Made by a program: the position numbers and the translations under genes. Below, piece by piece: positions 19,005-28,531 of a stretch of 64,000 nucleotides of DNA (within the stretch, counting starts at the first letter, position 1; every line of letters begins with the position of its first letter). This stretch comes from a virus (Duplodnaviria; Caudoviricetes): positions 1,548-65,547 of the IMG/VR virus record IMGVR_UViG_3300027800_000347; one strand, written 5' to 3'. The notes under the pieces were generated by a model that saw only the letters and a list, made by a program, of their open reading frames with translations, was not told the origin of the DNA and searched no databases.

Positions 19005-20050
19005 CCACAATCCACCACGGCGACGCCTTGTCCGTCCTACGGACACTGCCGGCCGAATCCGTCCAGTGCGTCGTGACCAGTCCCCCTTACTGGGGGCTTA
19101 GGGATTACGGCGTGGACGGGCAGTTGGGCCTGGAGTCCATGCCGGACTGCCACGCCCGGGCCACGGGGCAGCCCTGCGGCAGGTGCTACGTGTGCCGGAT
19201 GCTGGACGTGTTTCGCGAGGTCCGGCGCGTGTTGCGGCGGGACGGCACGGCCTGGATCAATATGGGGGACAGCTATTCGGTGGGCACCAACGACAGCAAG
19301 TCGTTTAGACGCGACAAGATTCAATCCGTGCCGCCGTATCGGAAGGCCTTGGGTCTCCCAGCTAAAAATTTGATCGGGATGCCCTGGCGACTGGCCTTGG
19401 CCATGCAGGCCGACGGCTGGATTTTGCGCAGCGACATCATCTGGCACAAGCCCACGGCCATGCCCGAGGCGGTTAAGGACCGGCCAACGACGGCGCACGA
19501 GCATTTGTTTCTACTCTCACGCTCGGCATCCTACCACTACGATGCTGCCGCTATCCAGGAACCGGTGACGGGCGGAGCGCAGTCTCGCGGCAACGGACTC
19601 CATAAAAAAGTCCAGAAAGTCCCCGGCGGTTGGGACACTGCGCCGGGAGCGCACGGCACGGTCCACCGCGAGGGCCGAAGCGCCCCGGAATACCGGCCGC
19701 GTCAAAACGCATCCTTTTCTGCGGCCGTTTGCGGGCTGGTGGAGACGCGCAACCGGCGCACGGTCTGGACGATCCCGGCCGCTAGGTTTTCGGAAGCCCA
19801 TTTCGCCACATTTCCTTCGGACTTGGTCACTCCCTGCATCCTGGCCGGGTGCCCGGCGGGCGGCGTGGTGCTGGACCCGTTTTGCGGCAGCGGCACCACG
19901 GGTCTGGTGGCCCGGCAGCTCGGCCGGGAGTTTGTCGGCATCGAACTGAACCCGGACTACGTCCGTATGGCCGCGGCCCGCATCGAGCGCGAGACGGGTT
20001 TGCTTGGCCCGGTGCGGGTTGTAGCGGAAAAGCAGGAGGCGACGGCATGA
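19001..20050 (+). CDS. N4-cytosine/N6-adenine DNA methyltransferase (beta class, orphan)
   Basis: [12 protein letters not shown]; HFATFP; [11 protein letters not shown]; GIELN; GTG start overlapping the upstream stop. Confidence 0.93.
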   Translation: MTTIHHGDALSVLRTLPAESVQCVVTSPPYWGLRDYGVDGQLGLESMPDCHARATGQPCGRCYVCRMLDVFREVRRVLRRDGTAWINMGDSYSVGTNDSKSFRRDKIQSVPPYRKALGLPAKNLIGMPWRLALAMQADGWILRSDIIWHKPTAMPEAVKDRPTTAHEHLFLLSRSASYHYDAAAIQEPVTGGAQSRGNGLHKKVQKVPGGWDTAPGAHGTVHREGRSAPEYRPRQNASFSAAVCGLVETRNRRTVWTIPAARFSEAHFATFPSDLVTPCILAGCPAGGVVLDPFCGSGTTGLVARQLGREFVGIELNPDYVRMAAARIERETGLLGPVRVVAEKQEATA

Positions 20051-20156
20051 GACGGCAGGGTAGACAACAACGCCGGGGGAGCGCCGGGCGCTACCGGGTG
20101 GAGAAAAACCCCATCCTGCGCCTTTTGGCGCGGATGATGGAGTGGTGCAGGGGGAG

Positions 20157-20519
20157 ATGATGAGCGAAACAGGGGCCAAGCAAGCAGAAATGCTTGAACA
20201 GTTTTTCGGAGACTATGACGTGCCGCAAGAGCCATTTCAGAAGGCGCTTACCGTATCTACTCCGATACGACAGGTATACGCCAAGTGGCTGACTTGCGCG
20301 TCCAGGTTTTACGAAGAAATCATAGGCGCAAATCAGTGGGTTGTGTGGTGGACCGATATGGACACGCCGCTATATGAAGAAATTTCAGCAGAGGACTTTT
20401 CTTCCCGGTTCGTTCTTGAGTCGCAAGCCCCGCCATCCATGAAACACGTGTATGACGCCATGCCGACTTATGAACAATGGTGCGACATGCACAATACGGA
20501 TGAAGAGTCTCCGCAATGA
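20157..20519 (+). CDS. Hypothetical phage protein
   Basis: GGGGAG RBS; ATGA overlap with the next gene. Confidence 0.55.
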   Translation: MMSETGAKQAEMLEQFFGDYDVPQEPFQKALTVSTPIRQVYAKWLTCASRFYEEIIGANQWVVWWTDMDTPLYEEISAEDFSSRFVLESQAPPSMKHVYDAMPTYEQWCDMHNTDEESPQ

Positions 20520-20914
20520 GTGATTCCGACGCCGAACGCATTTCCCGCCTTGAGCGGCAAATAACCGACCTTCAGGACCGGAACACCGAACTCGTGGAGC
20601 GGCGCCGTGAACTCAAGCGGCAGCTTCACGGGCCGAGCGAAATCTACGAGGCCGCCATTGCAGTCTTTGGGGCCGACGCGCAGCTTGAAATAGCCGTCGA
20701 AGAGTGCGGGGAGGTCATCGTGGCCATCAAGCACCATGGCCGCAAGCGCGTCTTGCCATCTATCGTCGCCGAAGAGATTGCCGACGCCATGATAGCCCTG
20801 GGGCAGGCACGGCTGATCGTCGGGACCGTGCTTGTGGATGCCTTCACAGAATCGAAGCTGCGGCGGCTACAGGCCAGGGTGAAGGAAGCTGGAGGGGGGA
20901 AGGCGAATGGCTAA
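20516..20914 (+). CDS. MazG-like NTP pyrophosphohydrolase
   Basis: FGADAQLEIAVEECGEVIVAI...AEEIADAMI (EExxE...EExxD). Confidence 0.75.
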   Translation: MSDSDAERISRLERQITDLQDRNTELVERRRELKRQLHGPSEIYEAAIAVFGADAQLEIAVEECGEVIVAIKHHGRKRVLPSIVAEEIADAMIALGQARLIVGTVLVDAFTESKLRRLQARVKEAGGGKANG

Positions 20915-21854
20915 GGCCCCGGCGTTTCAGTTCTACGCCAAGGACTGGCTCGACATGCGTGTCATGCGCATGAGTTTTGAGGCCCAGGGCGTCTACATCC
21001 GTCTCTTGGCCCACATCTGGGCCGACACGGACACGCAATTTTCCATCGAGAACAACTCAAAAATGCTCTCCAGAATGATCGGAATAAGTGAGAAAAAATT
21101 CAAAAAAATCTTCGCGGAGATTCAATGGCCGAATGACCCAATTTTCATTTTAGAGGGCGGGCTTCTGGTGTCGAAACGACTCCGAAAAGAGAAGGAAAAG
21201 CAAGTAAAAATAAGCATTAAGCGTTCTGCGGCCGCCCAAACTAGATGGGAGCCAGACGATGCAAATGCATATGCAAATGCAAAGCAAATGGAATGCAAAC
21301 GGCATGCTCTTCAGTCTTCCTCTTCTTTTTCAGAGAAAGAAAAGAATAAAGAAACACCCCCCCCTCCCCCCTCGCGGGGGGTGACGCGACCGCCTGCGGC
21401 GGATCGCGAGTTTGACGAATTTTGGCAGGCGTACCCCAAGCGAAAGTCGAGAGGGCAGGCCAAGAAGACTTGGGACAAGCTTCGGCGCGAGAAAAGGCTA
21501 CCGCCGCTTTCCACGATCCTACACGCCATAGCAGCCGCAAAGGCGGGCCATGATTGGCAAAAGGACGGCGGACAGTACATCCCGCACCCCTCGACCTGGC
21601 TTAACGACGAGGGTTGGGAGGACGAGCACACTTCGGCGCTGGTTGCTCAAGTCGCTCGTCAGGGATCTTTCCCTTTGACCCCACGGCAACAGCAAACAGA
21701 GCGACTCAGGGGAATGGCTATCGCCCTGAAAAACAGAGAGGCGAACGGAAATGGCGCAAATCACGCGGGAGGATGTGGCGGCGATGCTGATGCGCTTCTC
21801 GGTGTTCTACCGGGACCAGGATGTGAACGAGGAAACCCTGGCGATCCTCGTTGA
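20907..21854 (+). CDS. Phage replication initiator (DUF1376/YdaU-like)
   Basis: PAFQFYAKDWL...MSFEAQGVYIRLL; FDEFWQAYPKR...YIPHPSTWLNDEGWEDE. Confidence 0.85.
   Translation: MAKAPAFQFYAKDWLDMRVMRMSFEAQGVYIRLLAHIWADTDTQFSIENNSKMLSRMIGISEKKFKKIFAEIQWPNDPIFILEGGLLVSKRLRKEKEKQVKISIKRSAAAQTRWEPDDANAYANAKQMECKRHALQSSSSFSEKEKNKETPPPPPSRGVTRPPAADREFDEFWQAYPKRKSRGQAKKTWDKLRREKRLPPLSTILHAIAAAKAGHDWQKDGGQYIPHPSTWLNDEGWEDEHTSALVAQVARQGSFPLTPRQQQTERLRGMAIALKNREANGNGANHAGGCGGDADALLGVLPGPGCERGNPGDPR
21259..21356 (+). repeat. Putative replication origin: GCAAA iteron-like repeats followed by a skewed AT-rich tract
   Basis: ATGCAAATGCATATGCAAATGCAAAGCAAATGGAATGCAAAC then TCTTC repeats and an A-rich run, inside the initiator gene as in lambda O. 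Confidence 0.6.
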
Positions 21855-22119
21855 GGACTACTTCGAGGATTTGAGCGGCATGGATGTCGGGACATTCCGG
21901 GCCGCAATCAGCGAGGCCAGGAAGGTCTGCCGGTTTTTCCCGAAAACCGTGGACCTGATCGAGGCGTCAAGGCGCGTGACGCCGACATACCGCGAGTTCC
22001 CGCCGCTTCCCGCCGGGGATGACGACGACGCCCGGCGGCGCGAGATAGGCAAGGCCTGGATCGCGAAAATCAGGGAATCGCTGTCCGGTTGGCAGTCGCC
22101 CGCCCAGAGGCCGAATTGA
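21751..22119 (+). CDS. Putative helicase loader/inhibitor (P-like position)
   Basis: Follows the initiator; FRAAISEARKVCRFFPKTVDL motif. Confidence 0.6.
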   Translation: MAQITREDVAAMLMRFSVFYRDQDVNEETLAILVEDYFEDLSGMDVGTFRAAISEARKVCRFFPKTVDLIEASRRVTPTYREFPPLPAGDDDDARRREIGKAWIAKIRESLSGWQSPAQRPN

Positions 22120-22281
22120 AGCCCTGCGACAAGATCCCCGGCATCCCCTGCGCTCACAACGGCCGTTGCTTCGGCGCCGTGATGTGGGACGGGAAGCGCG
22201 AAGAGGCGCAGCCGCTGGCCCAGGTCCAGGAGTGCAAACACGTCGAGGAATGCCGCGAATGGTGGCGGCGGGAGGGGAAAG

Positions 22282-22341
22282 ATGGCCGGATCGCTCAATA
22301 AAGTCATCATCGGAAGGATTGGGAAGGCGTCCAATGCCTAG
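22282..22341 (+). pseudogene. Stranded 5' copy of ssb (19 codons)
   Basis: [19 protein letters not shown] versus intact [21 protein letters not shown]; GGAGGGG RBS. Confidence 0.75.
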
Positions 22342-22912
22342 CGCAAAGGTCGAAGTGATATGCCCAGAGTGCGGCGGCTCGTTTATGCGTCGGCCATCAG
22401 ACATTAAAAAAGCGGTTTCCAGGTCTGGTATATGGAGATGTCAACCTTGCGCGCTGTCGATGCGGAACAAGGCCAATCAGCAGCCGACAGGGGCAAGACG
22501 AAACAACTGCAAAGGTTATGTGGAAGTCAAGACTGAATATGGGTGGGTATTCGAACACCGGCTTGTTTACGAAAAGGCATCGGGCCGCAAGCTGCTTCCA
22601 ACAGAAATTATCCACCATCTGAACGGCGACATTACAGACAACAGGATTGAAAACTTGGCCGTCATGCTGGCCGGGGCGCACACACAGCACCACAAGCGCG
22701 GGACCATCTTGAAGGCAGAGACCAAGGCAAAGCTCTCTGCGGCCAAGATAGGCAAACCAAGCCCGAAGAAACTAACGGCCGAACAAGTTTTGGCAATCAG
22801 GGACGCATACACAAAAGGCAAGGGTGGACGATCCGCCATAGCGGACGCCTACGGCATCACGCCGTCTATGGTGAGCCATATAACAACCAGAAGGGCCTGG
22901 AGGAACGTGTAA
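22334..22912 (+). CDS. HNH endonuclease (free-standing homing type)
   Basis: EHRLVYE...[17 protein letters not shown]; CPEC/CQPC N-terminus; NUMOD3-like and HTH C-terminus. Confidence 0.88.
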   Translation: MPSAKVEVICPECGGSFMRRPSDIKKAVSRSGIWRCQPCALSMRNKANQQPTGARRNNCKGYVEVKTEYGWVFEHRLVYEKASGRKLLPTEIIHHLNGDITDNRIENLAVMLAGAHTQHHKRGTILKAETKAKLSAAKIGKPSPKKLTAEQVLAIRDAYTKGKGGRSAIADAYGITPSMVSHITTRRAWRNV

Positions 22913-23388
22913 TGGCCGGAAGCCTCAATAAGGTCATTTTGATTGGGAGGCTTGGTCAAGATCCACGTCTGCAATACCTCCCGAGCGGCCAACCCGTGGC
23001 AAATTTCAGTGTCGCCACAGATGAAAGTTACAAAGACAAGAGCGGCAACAAGATTGAGAAAACCGAGTGGCACAACGTGGCTGTGTTCGGCCGTTCAGCC
23101 GAGTTTTGCGGCCAATACCTGGGCAAGGGGCGGCTGGCCTACATCGAAGGGACATTGCGCACCAGGAAATGGCAGAAGGACGGCCAGGACCACTACACCA
23201 CGGAAGTAACCGTGAGCGCCCCGGGGCATCGCGTGCAGGGCCTGGATAAGAATCCGGACTCCAACCAAAGCGCCGGGAACTCCGCTCAAAGCCGGGGCAA
23301 CTCTGGACGGGGTTCGTCCGACGGGGACCAAGACACAGGCCCGGCGTTTCCCTCCGAAGCATCCGGCATGGACGACGTTCCCTTCTAG
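22912..23388 (+). CDS. ssb: Single-stranded DNA-binding protein
   Basis: [31 protein letters not shown], acidic DDVPF tail. Confidence 0.97.
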   Translation: MAGSLNKVILIGRLGQDPRLQYLPSGQPVANFSVATDESYKDKSGNKIEKTEWHNVAVFGRSAEFCGQYLGKGRLAYIEGTLRTRKWQKDGQDHYTTEVTVSAPGHRVQGLDKNPDSNQSAGNSAQSRGNSGRGSSDGDQDTGPAFPSEASGMDDVPF

Positions 23389-23403
23389 CAAGGAGCGGAC
23401 AAT

Positions 23404-23856
23404 ATGAAATTCACGATATACACCCGTCCTGTTGGGCAGATGAGGGCCAGGGCAACAATCCGAGGCCGTCACGCCACGGTCTATAAGGCCGCGAAACAGG
23501 AGCAGAACGAGCAGACACTTGCCGCGTTGATGGTGGCGCATCGGCCATCAACGCCAATGGATGGGCCTGTATTGCTCTACGTCAACGCTGTTTTTGCATG
23601 CCCGGCCAGCAAGTCGAAGAAGTGGAGACAAGAGGCGCTGTGCGGGAGGATACGTCCCACAACAAAGCCTGACGCCGACAATTTGGCGAAGCATATCAAG
23701 GATGTCATGACGCAGTTGCAATTTTGGAACGACGACAAACAGGTTGTCGAATTGGCGGTGCGTAAGTGGTATGGTGTCCGAGATCATATCGCCATCGAAG
23801 TGCGCCCGGCCGATGTCGCCCCGCTCGGGCTGTACGAGGACGGGGAAGCAGCATGA
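23404..23856 (+). CDS. rusA: RusA-family Holliday junction resolvase
   Basis: TTKPDADNLAKHIKDVM...WNDDKQVVEL. Confidence 0.92.
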   Translation: MKFTIYTRPVGQMRARATIRGRHATVYKAAKQEQNEQTLAALMVAHRPSTPMDGPVLLYVNAVFACPASKSKKWRQEALCGRIRPTTKPDADNLAKHIKDVMTQLQFWNDDKQVVELAVRKWYGVRDHIAIEVRPADVAPLGLYEDGEAA

Positions 23857-24161
23857 AAGCCCTCGCCCTCGGCCTCCTGGTCATCACCGCTTACACCCCG
23901 GGCGAAGGCGGCGGCCACGGCATCGGCGCCATGGGCCACGAGGTGCGCCCGGGGCTGACCGCGGCTGTGAGCCGGGACCTGCGGCACCTCATGGGCCAGG
24001 AAATCCATGTGGAGGGCGTGGGTTGGGTTTTCGTCCAGGATACAACTGGCCCTGACGCCCGGCGTACCGTGGATCTGTGCGTCGAGGACGAAGCCACGGC
24101 CAGGGAGTGGGGAAGGCGAGAGCGCCATGTGATCATCCGGGATCAAAAAGGCGACAACTAG
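23853..24161 (+). CDS. 3D-domain (MltA-like) protein
   Basis: ITAYTP...AAVSRD...GQEIHVEGVG...VQDTTG...VDL...AREWGRR. Confidence 0.75.
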   Translation: MKALALGLLVITAYTPGEGGGHGIGAMGHEVRPGLTAAVSRDLRHLMGQEIHVEGVGWVFVQDTTGPDARRTVDLCVEDEATAREWGRRERHVIIRDQKGDN

Positions 24162-24249
24162 GAAAATATTTAACAATCTAAAAGTGTTGCGCATGTGATC
24201 AATGTGTACCAGCATGCGTTGAAACCAACCAACCGGGGAGATAGAAGAG

Positions 24250-24663
24250 ATGACCAGAGAAGAGGCATTGAAAGAGGCATTGGAGATCGTGAAGGCCCAG
24301 GCCAGCGTCAGGGCGATGAGCGCCGAAGAGCTGACCGTCATGGTCGGGAACGTGGCCCGGGGCATCATGAGCCTGGACGGCCCGGGCCAGTCGGAAGAGG
24401 GCGGCGCCCAACCCCCCGCCGTGGACCCCGCGAAGGCTATTAAAGAAAGCTCCGTGACCTGTCTGGAGTGCGGCAGGGCCATGAAGATCATCACCAAGAA
24501 GCACCTGGCTTCCCACGGCCTGACTCCGGACGGCTATCGGTTTAAGTGGGGCATGAAGAAGGGCGTGGCCCTGGCCTGCAAGGCCCTGGTCCGGGAGCGC
24601 CGCAAGAAGATGAAGGACATGAAGCTGTGGGAGAAGCGGGGAGCCGCCAAGCCCGGCGCGTAG
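24250..24663 (+). CDS. MucR/Ros-family transcriptional regulator
   Basis: PAVDPAKAIKESSVTCLECGRAMKIITKKHLASHGLTPDGYRFKWG. Confidence 0.9.
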   Translation: MTREEALKEALEIVKAQASVRAMSAEELTVMVGNVARGIMSLDGPGQSEEGGAQPPAVDPAKAIKESSVTCLECGRAMKIITKKHLASHGLTPDGYRFKWGMKKGVALACKALVRERRKKMKDMKLWEKRGAAKPGA

Positions 24664-24746
24664 ATGAATAACATCGTGCGCCTCGGATGGCCGGGGCGCT
24701 GGGGAGATGTGTAAATACAATGGATACGTCCAGGGAGCGACAAGCG

Positions 24747-25007
24747 ATGGAAGATAAACGCATTTTGAATCCAGAGTTTCAAAACGAAAAGGACGACAAC
24801 ACACCTGTGCCATGCAAAAGGTGCGGATCGTCAGATATTGGGTTTTTTGGTGACGGACTTGGCGTCTGGTGCAAGTGCTTGGCTTGCGGAAGCACCGGGA
24901 AAAGAGGAACCACGAATATGGTGCGGGCTGGCGACGATGAACTATGGTGGACGGCCGCAGATGCCGCGCTTGTGTCTTGGGATGACGCCAACGAAAAGCA
25001 GGAATAG
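24747..25007 (+). CDS. Lar-like zinc-ribbon protein
   Basis: PCKRCGS...WCKCLACGSTG...ALVSWD. Confidence 0.55.
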   Translation: MEDKRILNPEFQNEKDDNTPVPCKRCGSSDIGFFGDGLGVWCKCLACGSTGKRGTTNMVRAGDDELWWTAADAALVSWDDANEKQE

Positions 25008-25034
25008 GCCAGCGATGCGCTGAAAGGGGGAACC

Positions 25035-25457
25035 ATGCGCACCATCACCATGATCGTCACGGTTGTCGTTTTGTCCCTCCTAGCCTTCCCGGTCCGGGCC
25101 CGGCATCTGCATCCCGAGGCGTGGTATCAGGCCCGTTGGTGCGAGGCCCAGGGCGGGGAGATGGAGCACCGCTTGCCTGACATGGCCCGTGTGGACTGCC
25201 TGTTGCCCGACGTGGCCGTGGAGTTCGACTTCGGCCACAAATGGGCCGAAAGCGTCGGCCAAGCCCTGTACTACGCCACCATGACCGGCCGCCGCTGCGG
25301 GATCGTGCTGATCCTGGAGGATAACGGCCCGGTCTTTATGACGCGGCTCATGCGGACGATTGAGGGGCACAGGCTGGGCTGTCAGGTGTGGTTGATGGGC
25401 CGGGAGGGGGAAGAGCTTGGAACCGGCGAGATGACGCGCGGGGAGGAAAGGCCGTGA
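25035..25457 (+). CDS. Signal-peptide protein with a PD-(D/E)xK-like core
   Basis: Hydrophobic N-terminus; RVDCL...AVEFDF..KWAESVGQALYY. Confidence 0.6.
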   Translation: MRTITMIVTVVVLSLLAFPVRARHLHPEAWYQARWCEAQGGEMEHRLPDMARVDCLLPDVAVEFDFGHKWAESVGQALYYATMTGRRCGIVLILEDNGPVFMTRLMRTIEGHRLGCQVWLMGREGEELGTGEMTRGEERP

Positions 25458-25720
25458 ACCTCATCGCCATCATCATCCTGGCCCTATCCGCCTCCTGCGC
25501 CATGGCACACCCGGGAACCGGCGAGGTTCCGCGTAGCTACTCCACCGTCTACGACGCCCAGGGCCGCTACCAGGGCCGAATCCACGACGGCCGGGTTTTC
25601 GATGCGAAAGGCCAGTTCCGGGGGCGCCTCCAGGACGGGAAGGTCTTTGACTCCCGGGGCAATTTCATGGGCCGGATCAAGCAGGACCGGCCAGGGGGAC
25701 AACAGGATGGAACTCGATAA
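25454..25720 (+). CDS. Small exported protein with three (V)(Y/F)DxxGxxxGR repeats
   Basis: GTG start, signal peptide, VYDAQGRYQGR / VFDAKGQFRGR / VFDSRGNFMGR. Confidence 0.65.
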   Translation: MNLIAIIILALSASCAMAHPGTGEVPRSYSTVYDAQGRYQGRIHDGRVFDAKGQFRGRLQDGKVFDSRGNFMGRIKQDRPGGQQDGTR

Positions 25721-25943
25721 GGCACCGGCCGGCACATCCGGCGTGGTCGCGGCCTACGATCTGGAGACGGCCGCGCAGGTCGCGGACTTCCTGCGCGTGT
25801 CCGACCGCACCTTGCGCCGGATGCTCCAGGAAGACGATCCGCCGCCTGTGCATCGGTACAGCGGCCGGGGCGTCATGCGCGCTCACCGGGCAGAGCTTGC
25901 GGCGTGGCGCGCGCGCAGGGAGCAGGGGCAGCGCAAGCAGTAG
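25707..25943 (+). CDS. Xis/AlpA-like winged-HTH protein, candidate late-gene activator
   Basis: LETAAQVADFLRVSDRTLRRML...RAHRAELAAW; last early gene before the late promoter. Confidence 0.75.
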   Translation: MELDKAPAGTSGVVAAYDLETAAQVADFLRVSDRTLRRMLQEDDPPPVHRYSGRGVMRAHRAELAAWRARREQGQRKQ

Positions 25944-26108
25944 GCCAGGACGGCAAGGCGCGCCAGCCCTCGGGAGGCGTCGGGAGGCGGAAAGCTCTCG
26001 CGCGCGAGGGGGAGGGGGGGGGTAAAACCCTGCCGGGGTATAGTTGGCAACCGAGTGTGCTCATTCACACAGAGTTTCGGCCACATTTTCGTGAAAAAGT
26101 GCCCGCCT

Positions 26109-26177
26109 GATTTGTCCGCAAATGTCCGGATATGGCCGCAAATGTCCGGCCTGCATCTCTTGATTTCCCGGTAAGAT
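26109..26177 (+). promoter_or_regulatory. Putative late promoter 1 (decamer repeats + -10)
   Basis: 42 bp identical to 40762..40803; TAAGAT 21 nt downstream. Confidence 0.75.
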
Positions 26178-26242
26178 GCTCTCCCAAAAGGGGCCGCCCG
26201 TCGTCATCACGAGGTCGCGGCGGCCCTCCCTTGGGAGGCCAC

Positions 26243-27253
26243 ATGTCCACGCCCGTCACGCCGGAATCAATCAAGCAGACCTTCCCTGTCGCCGTTTCCC
26301 TGGTCCAGGCCGAAGAGGGGTTCAGGGCCGAACCCTACAAGTGTTCCGAGGGATTTTGGACCATCGGCTATGGATACAATCTCCAGGCCCACGGCTACAC
26401 CACGGCCGACTTCACCGGCTGGAGGTGGACGCGCGATCACGCCGAGGCAGTGCTTCTCGACGAAATGGTGGACGTTGTTTCCTCCCTGGACGCCCGCTAC
26501 CCGCTGTGGCGGGAGCGACTGAGCGAGACGCGCGAGGCCGTGGTTATCTCGGCGGTTTACCAGATGGGGATAGCTGGGGCCTCGAAGTTCAAGGACACCA
26601 TCGCCGCGATCCGCAGACAGGACTGGCCGGGCGCCGCAGCCTGCATGATGCGCAGCAAGTGGGCCTCGCAAGACGCCGAGCGCGTCTCGCGCAACTGCGA
26701 AATACTCATCACCGACACGATGCCCACGGAGGTGCGCGGTGCGAAAATCCTCCAGCCCTCACAGCCCTCGCCCCCGTCTCCCGATCCGTCGCCGGTTCAG
26801 GATGTGGATGCAGCACCGGCTGAACCCCATGCACCTGCAATGCCGACTCCTGGACCTAGGGTTGGACAAGCCCCGGGCGAAGCGGTGGGCCAAGAAATGG
26901 GAACGCCTGTACCGGAAGATGTTCCCGCAGGCCCTCCCACCGGCCTGACGCCCGCGACATTCGCCCTCTCCACGGCCTGGGACGCCGCAAAGCTGATTCT
27001 CTCCCGGGTCGGCAACGTCTCCGCGCTCATCGGCAAGTCTCCGGCCAGCTACGGCGCAGGCGGCATGCTGGCCATGCTGGTGGGCAAGGTGTCCATCGAA
27101 GGCAACATCAGGATTTTCGACCACACTTTTTACTACCAGGACGGCGACATCCTGGCCGCCTTGGCCGCCCTGGGCCTTGTCCTGTGGGGCGTGGCCGGGA
27201 AGGCCATCCGGGCGCAAATCGGCGAGATCAAGAAGGAGAATCCCCATGCGTAA
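26243..27253 (+). CDS. Endolysin (T4-like lysozyme) with Pro-rich linker and C-terminal hydrophobic helices
   Basis: EEGFRAEPYKCSEGFWTIGYGYNL (catalytic E/T); SAVYQMG...FKDTIAAI...SKWASQ. Confidence 0.88.
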   Translation: MSTPVTPESIKQTFPVAVSLVQAEEGFRAEPYKCSEGFWTIGYGYNLQAHGYTTADFTGWRWTRDHAEAVLLDEMVDVVSSLDARYPLWRERLSETREAVVISAVYQMGIAGASKFKDTIAAIRRQDWPGAAACMMRSKWASQDAERVSRNCEILITDTMPTEVRGAKILQPSQPSPPSPDPSPVQDVDAAPAEPHAPAMPTPGPRVGQAPGEAVGQEMGTPVPEDVPAGPPTGLTPATFALSTAWDAAKLILSRVGNVSALIGKSPASYGAGGMLAMLVGKVSIEGNIRIFDHTFYYQDGDILAALAALGLVLWGVAGKAIRAQIGEIKKENPHA

Positions 27254-27602
27254 GCTCATCGTCCTGGTGCTCGTGGCCTCCCTGGCCTGCGCCTCGTGCC
27301 TGCCGTCCGTGCTCACCGGAGGGTCCGGGCCTCCCACCCTGGGGCCTGACGCCCCGGCCGATTCCGAGACCATCGCCCCGCCCGAAGAGAAGTCCGGTTC
27401 CAAGATCAAATCCGGCGTGGCCTGGCTGTGGGCCTGCGTAGTCGCGCTGAAGGCGCGTGGCGTGGCCCACGATGCCCTGGCCGAGCTTCGGGCCACGATC
27501 ATGGACATCGGCCGACTGGCCGCCGAGGGAAGCGCACAGGCCGCCCTGGCGCTTTTTGATCGTGCCCGCGATCTGGCCGCCAACCTCCGGGGAGGCGAAT
27601 AG
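27246..27602 (+). CDS. Putative lipoprotein/spanin-like lysis protein
   Basis: MRKLIVLVLVASLACASC lipobox-like signal; located in the lysis cassette. Confidence 0.5.
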   Translation: MRKLIVLVLVASLACASCLPSVLTGGSGPPTLGPDAPADSETIAPPEEKSGSKIKSGVAWLWACVVALKARGVAHDALAELRATIMDIGRLAAEGSAQAALALFDRARDLAANLRGGE

Positions 27603-27604
27603 CC

Positions 27605-28528
27605 GTGGCTTCCTGCATCGTCTCCATCGACGGCGGGGGCATCAAGGGCTACCTCCCGGCGCTTGTCCTGGCCGGGATCGAATCGCAGGCCGGGAAGAAA
27701 GTCGGCGACATGGCCGGGGTCTTGGTCGGGACATCAACCGGTGCGATCCTGGCCCTCGGGCTTGCCGCCGGGATATCCGCCTCCGACATGGCCGAGTTCT
27801 ACCGCCTCAAGGGTCCGGCGATCTTTCGCAAGCCCCTGGGCAAGCGCTTGACCTCGCTTTTCGGCCTTGCCGATGAGCAATACGGCAATGAGGGCTTGCG
27901 CCGGGGCCTGGATGAGATTTTCGGCGACCGCATGTTTTCGCAGCTTGGCCCATGCTGCATGGTCTGCGCCTATGATATCGAGGCGCGCAAAACCCGCTTC
28001 TTCGCCTCCTGGGAAGCCGAGCGTGATTCGTCCCGGGATTACCGGCTGGTCGATCTGGCCATGGCCTCAAGCGCAGCCCCCACCTATTTTGAGCCTGTCG
28101 AGATCGTCAGCGCCAGCGGCGACCGCATGTCCTGCATCGACGGCGGCGTCGCCGCCAACAACCCCGCCCTGGCCGCCCTGATCGAAGCCAAAAAGGCCGG
28201 GTGGAATCTCGACGGGACACGCCTTGTCTCCCTGGGAACGGGCCGCGAGGACCGGCCGTATCTGGCCACCAAGGCCCGGGGCTGGGGCCTGGCCAAGTGG
28301 GCGCGCCCACTGCTCGACGTGCTGTTTTCGGCCGCTTCCGAGGTCACGGACCATCAGTGCCGGGCGCTTTTGGGCGACAGGTACGCGCGGCTGCAACAGG
28401 ACTTCACCGAACCCGTGGGGATGGATGACACGAGCGCCAGGGCTTTCACGGTCATGCGCATGTGCGCGGGCAAGATCCTTGAACGGCCGGAGGCGACCCA
28501 CGCCTTGCGGCTTCTGGAGGGGGAATAG
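27605..28528 (+). CDS. Patatin-like phospholipase
   Basis: SIDGGGIKG, GTSTG nucleophile elbow, ASSAAPTYF, DGGVAANNP, VSLGTG. Confidence 0.95.
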   Translation: MASCIVSIDGGGIKGYLPALVLAGIESQAGKKVGDMAGVLVGTSTGAILALGLAAGISASDMAEFYRLKGPAIFRKPLGKRLTSLFGLADEQYGNEGLRRGLDEIFGDRMFSQLGPCCMVCAYDIEARKTRFFASWEAERDSSRDYRLVDLAMASSAAPTYFEPVEIVSASGDRMSCIDGGVAANNPALAALIEAKKAGWNLDGTRLVSLGTGREDRPYLATKARGWGLAKWARPLLDVLFSAASEVTDHQCRALLGDRYARLQQDFTEPVGMDDTSARAFTVMRMCAGKILERPEATHALRLLEGE

Positions 28529-28531
28529 GCC

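Noticed and set aside
17184-22912. Restriction-modification system (MTases + HNH)
   Set aside because: The HNH is not adjacent to the MTases and has homing-endonuclease architecture with an insertion scar at ssb
27605-28528. CBASS system based on the CapV-like patatin
   Set aside because: No CD-NTase or Cap2/Cap3 nearby; the gene is embedded in the lysis cassette
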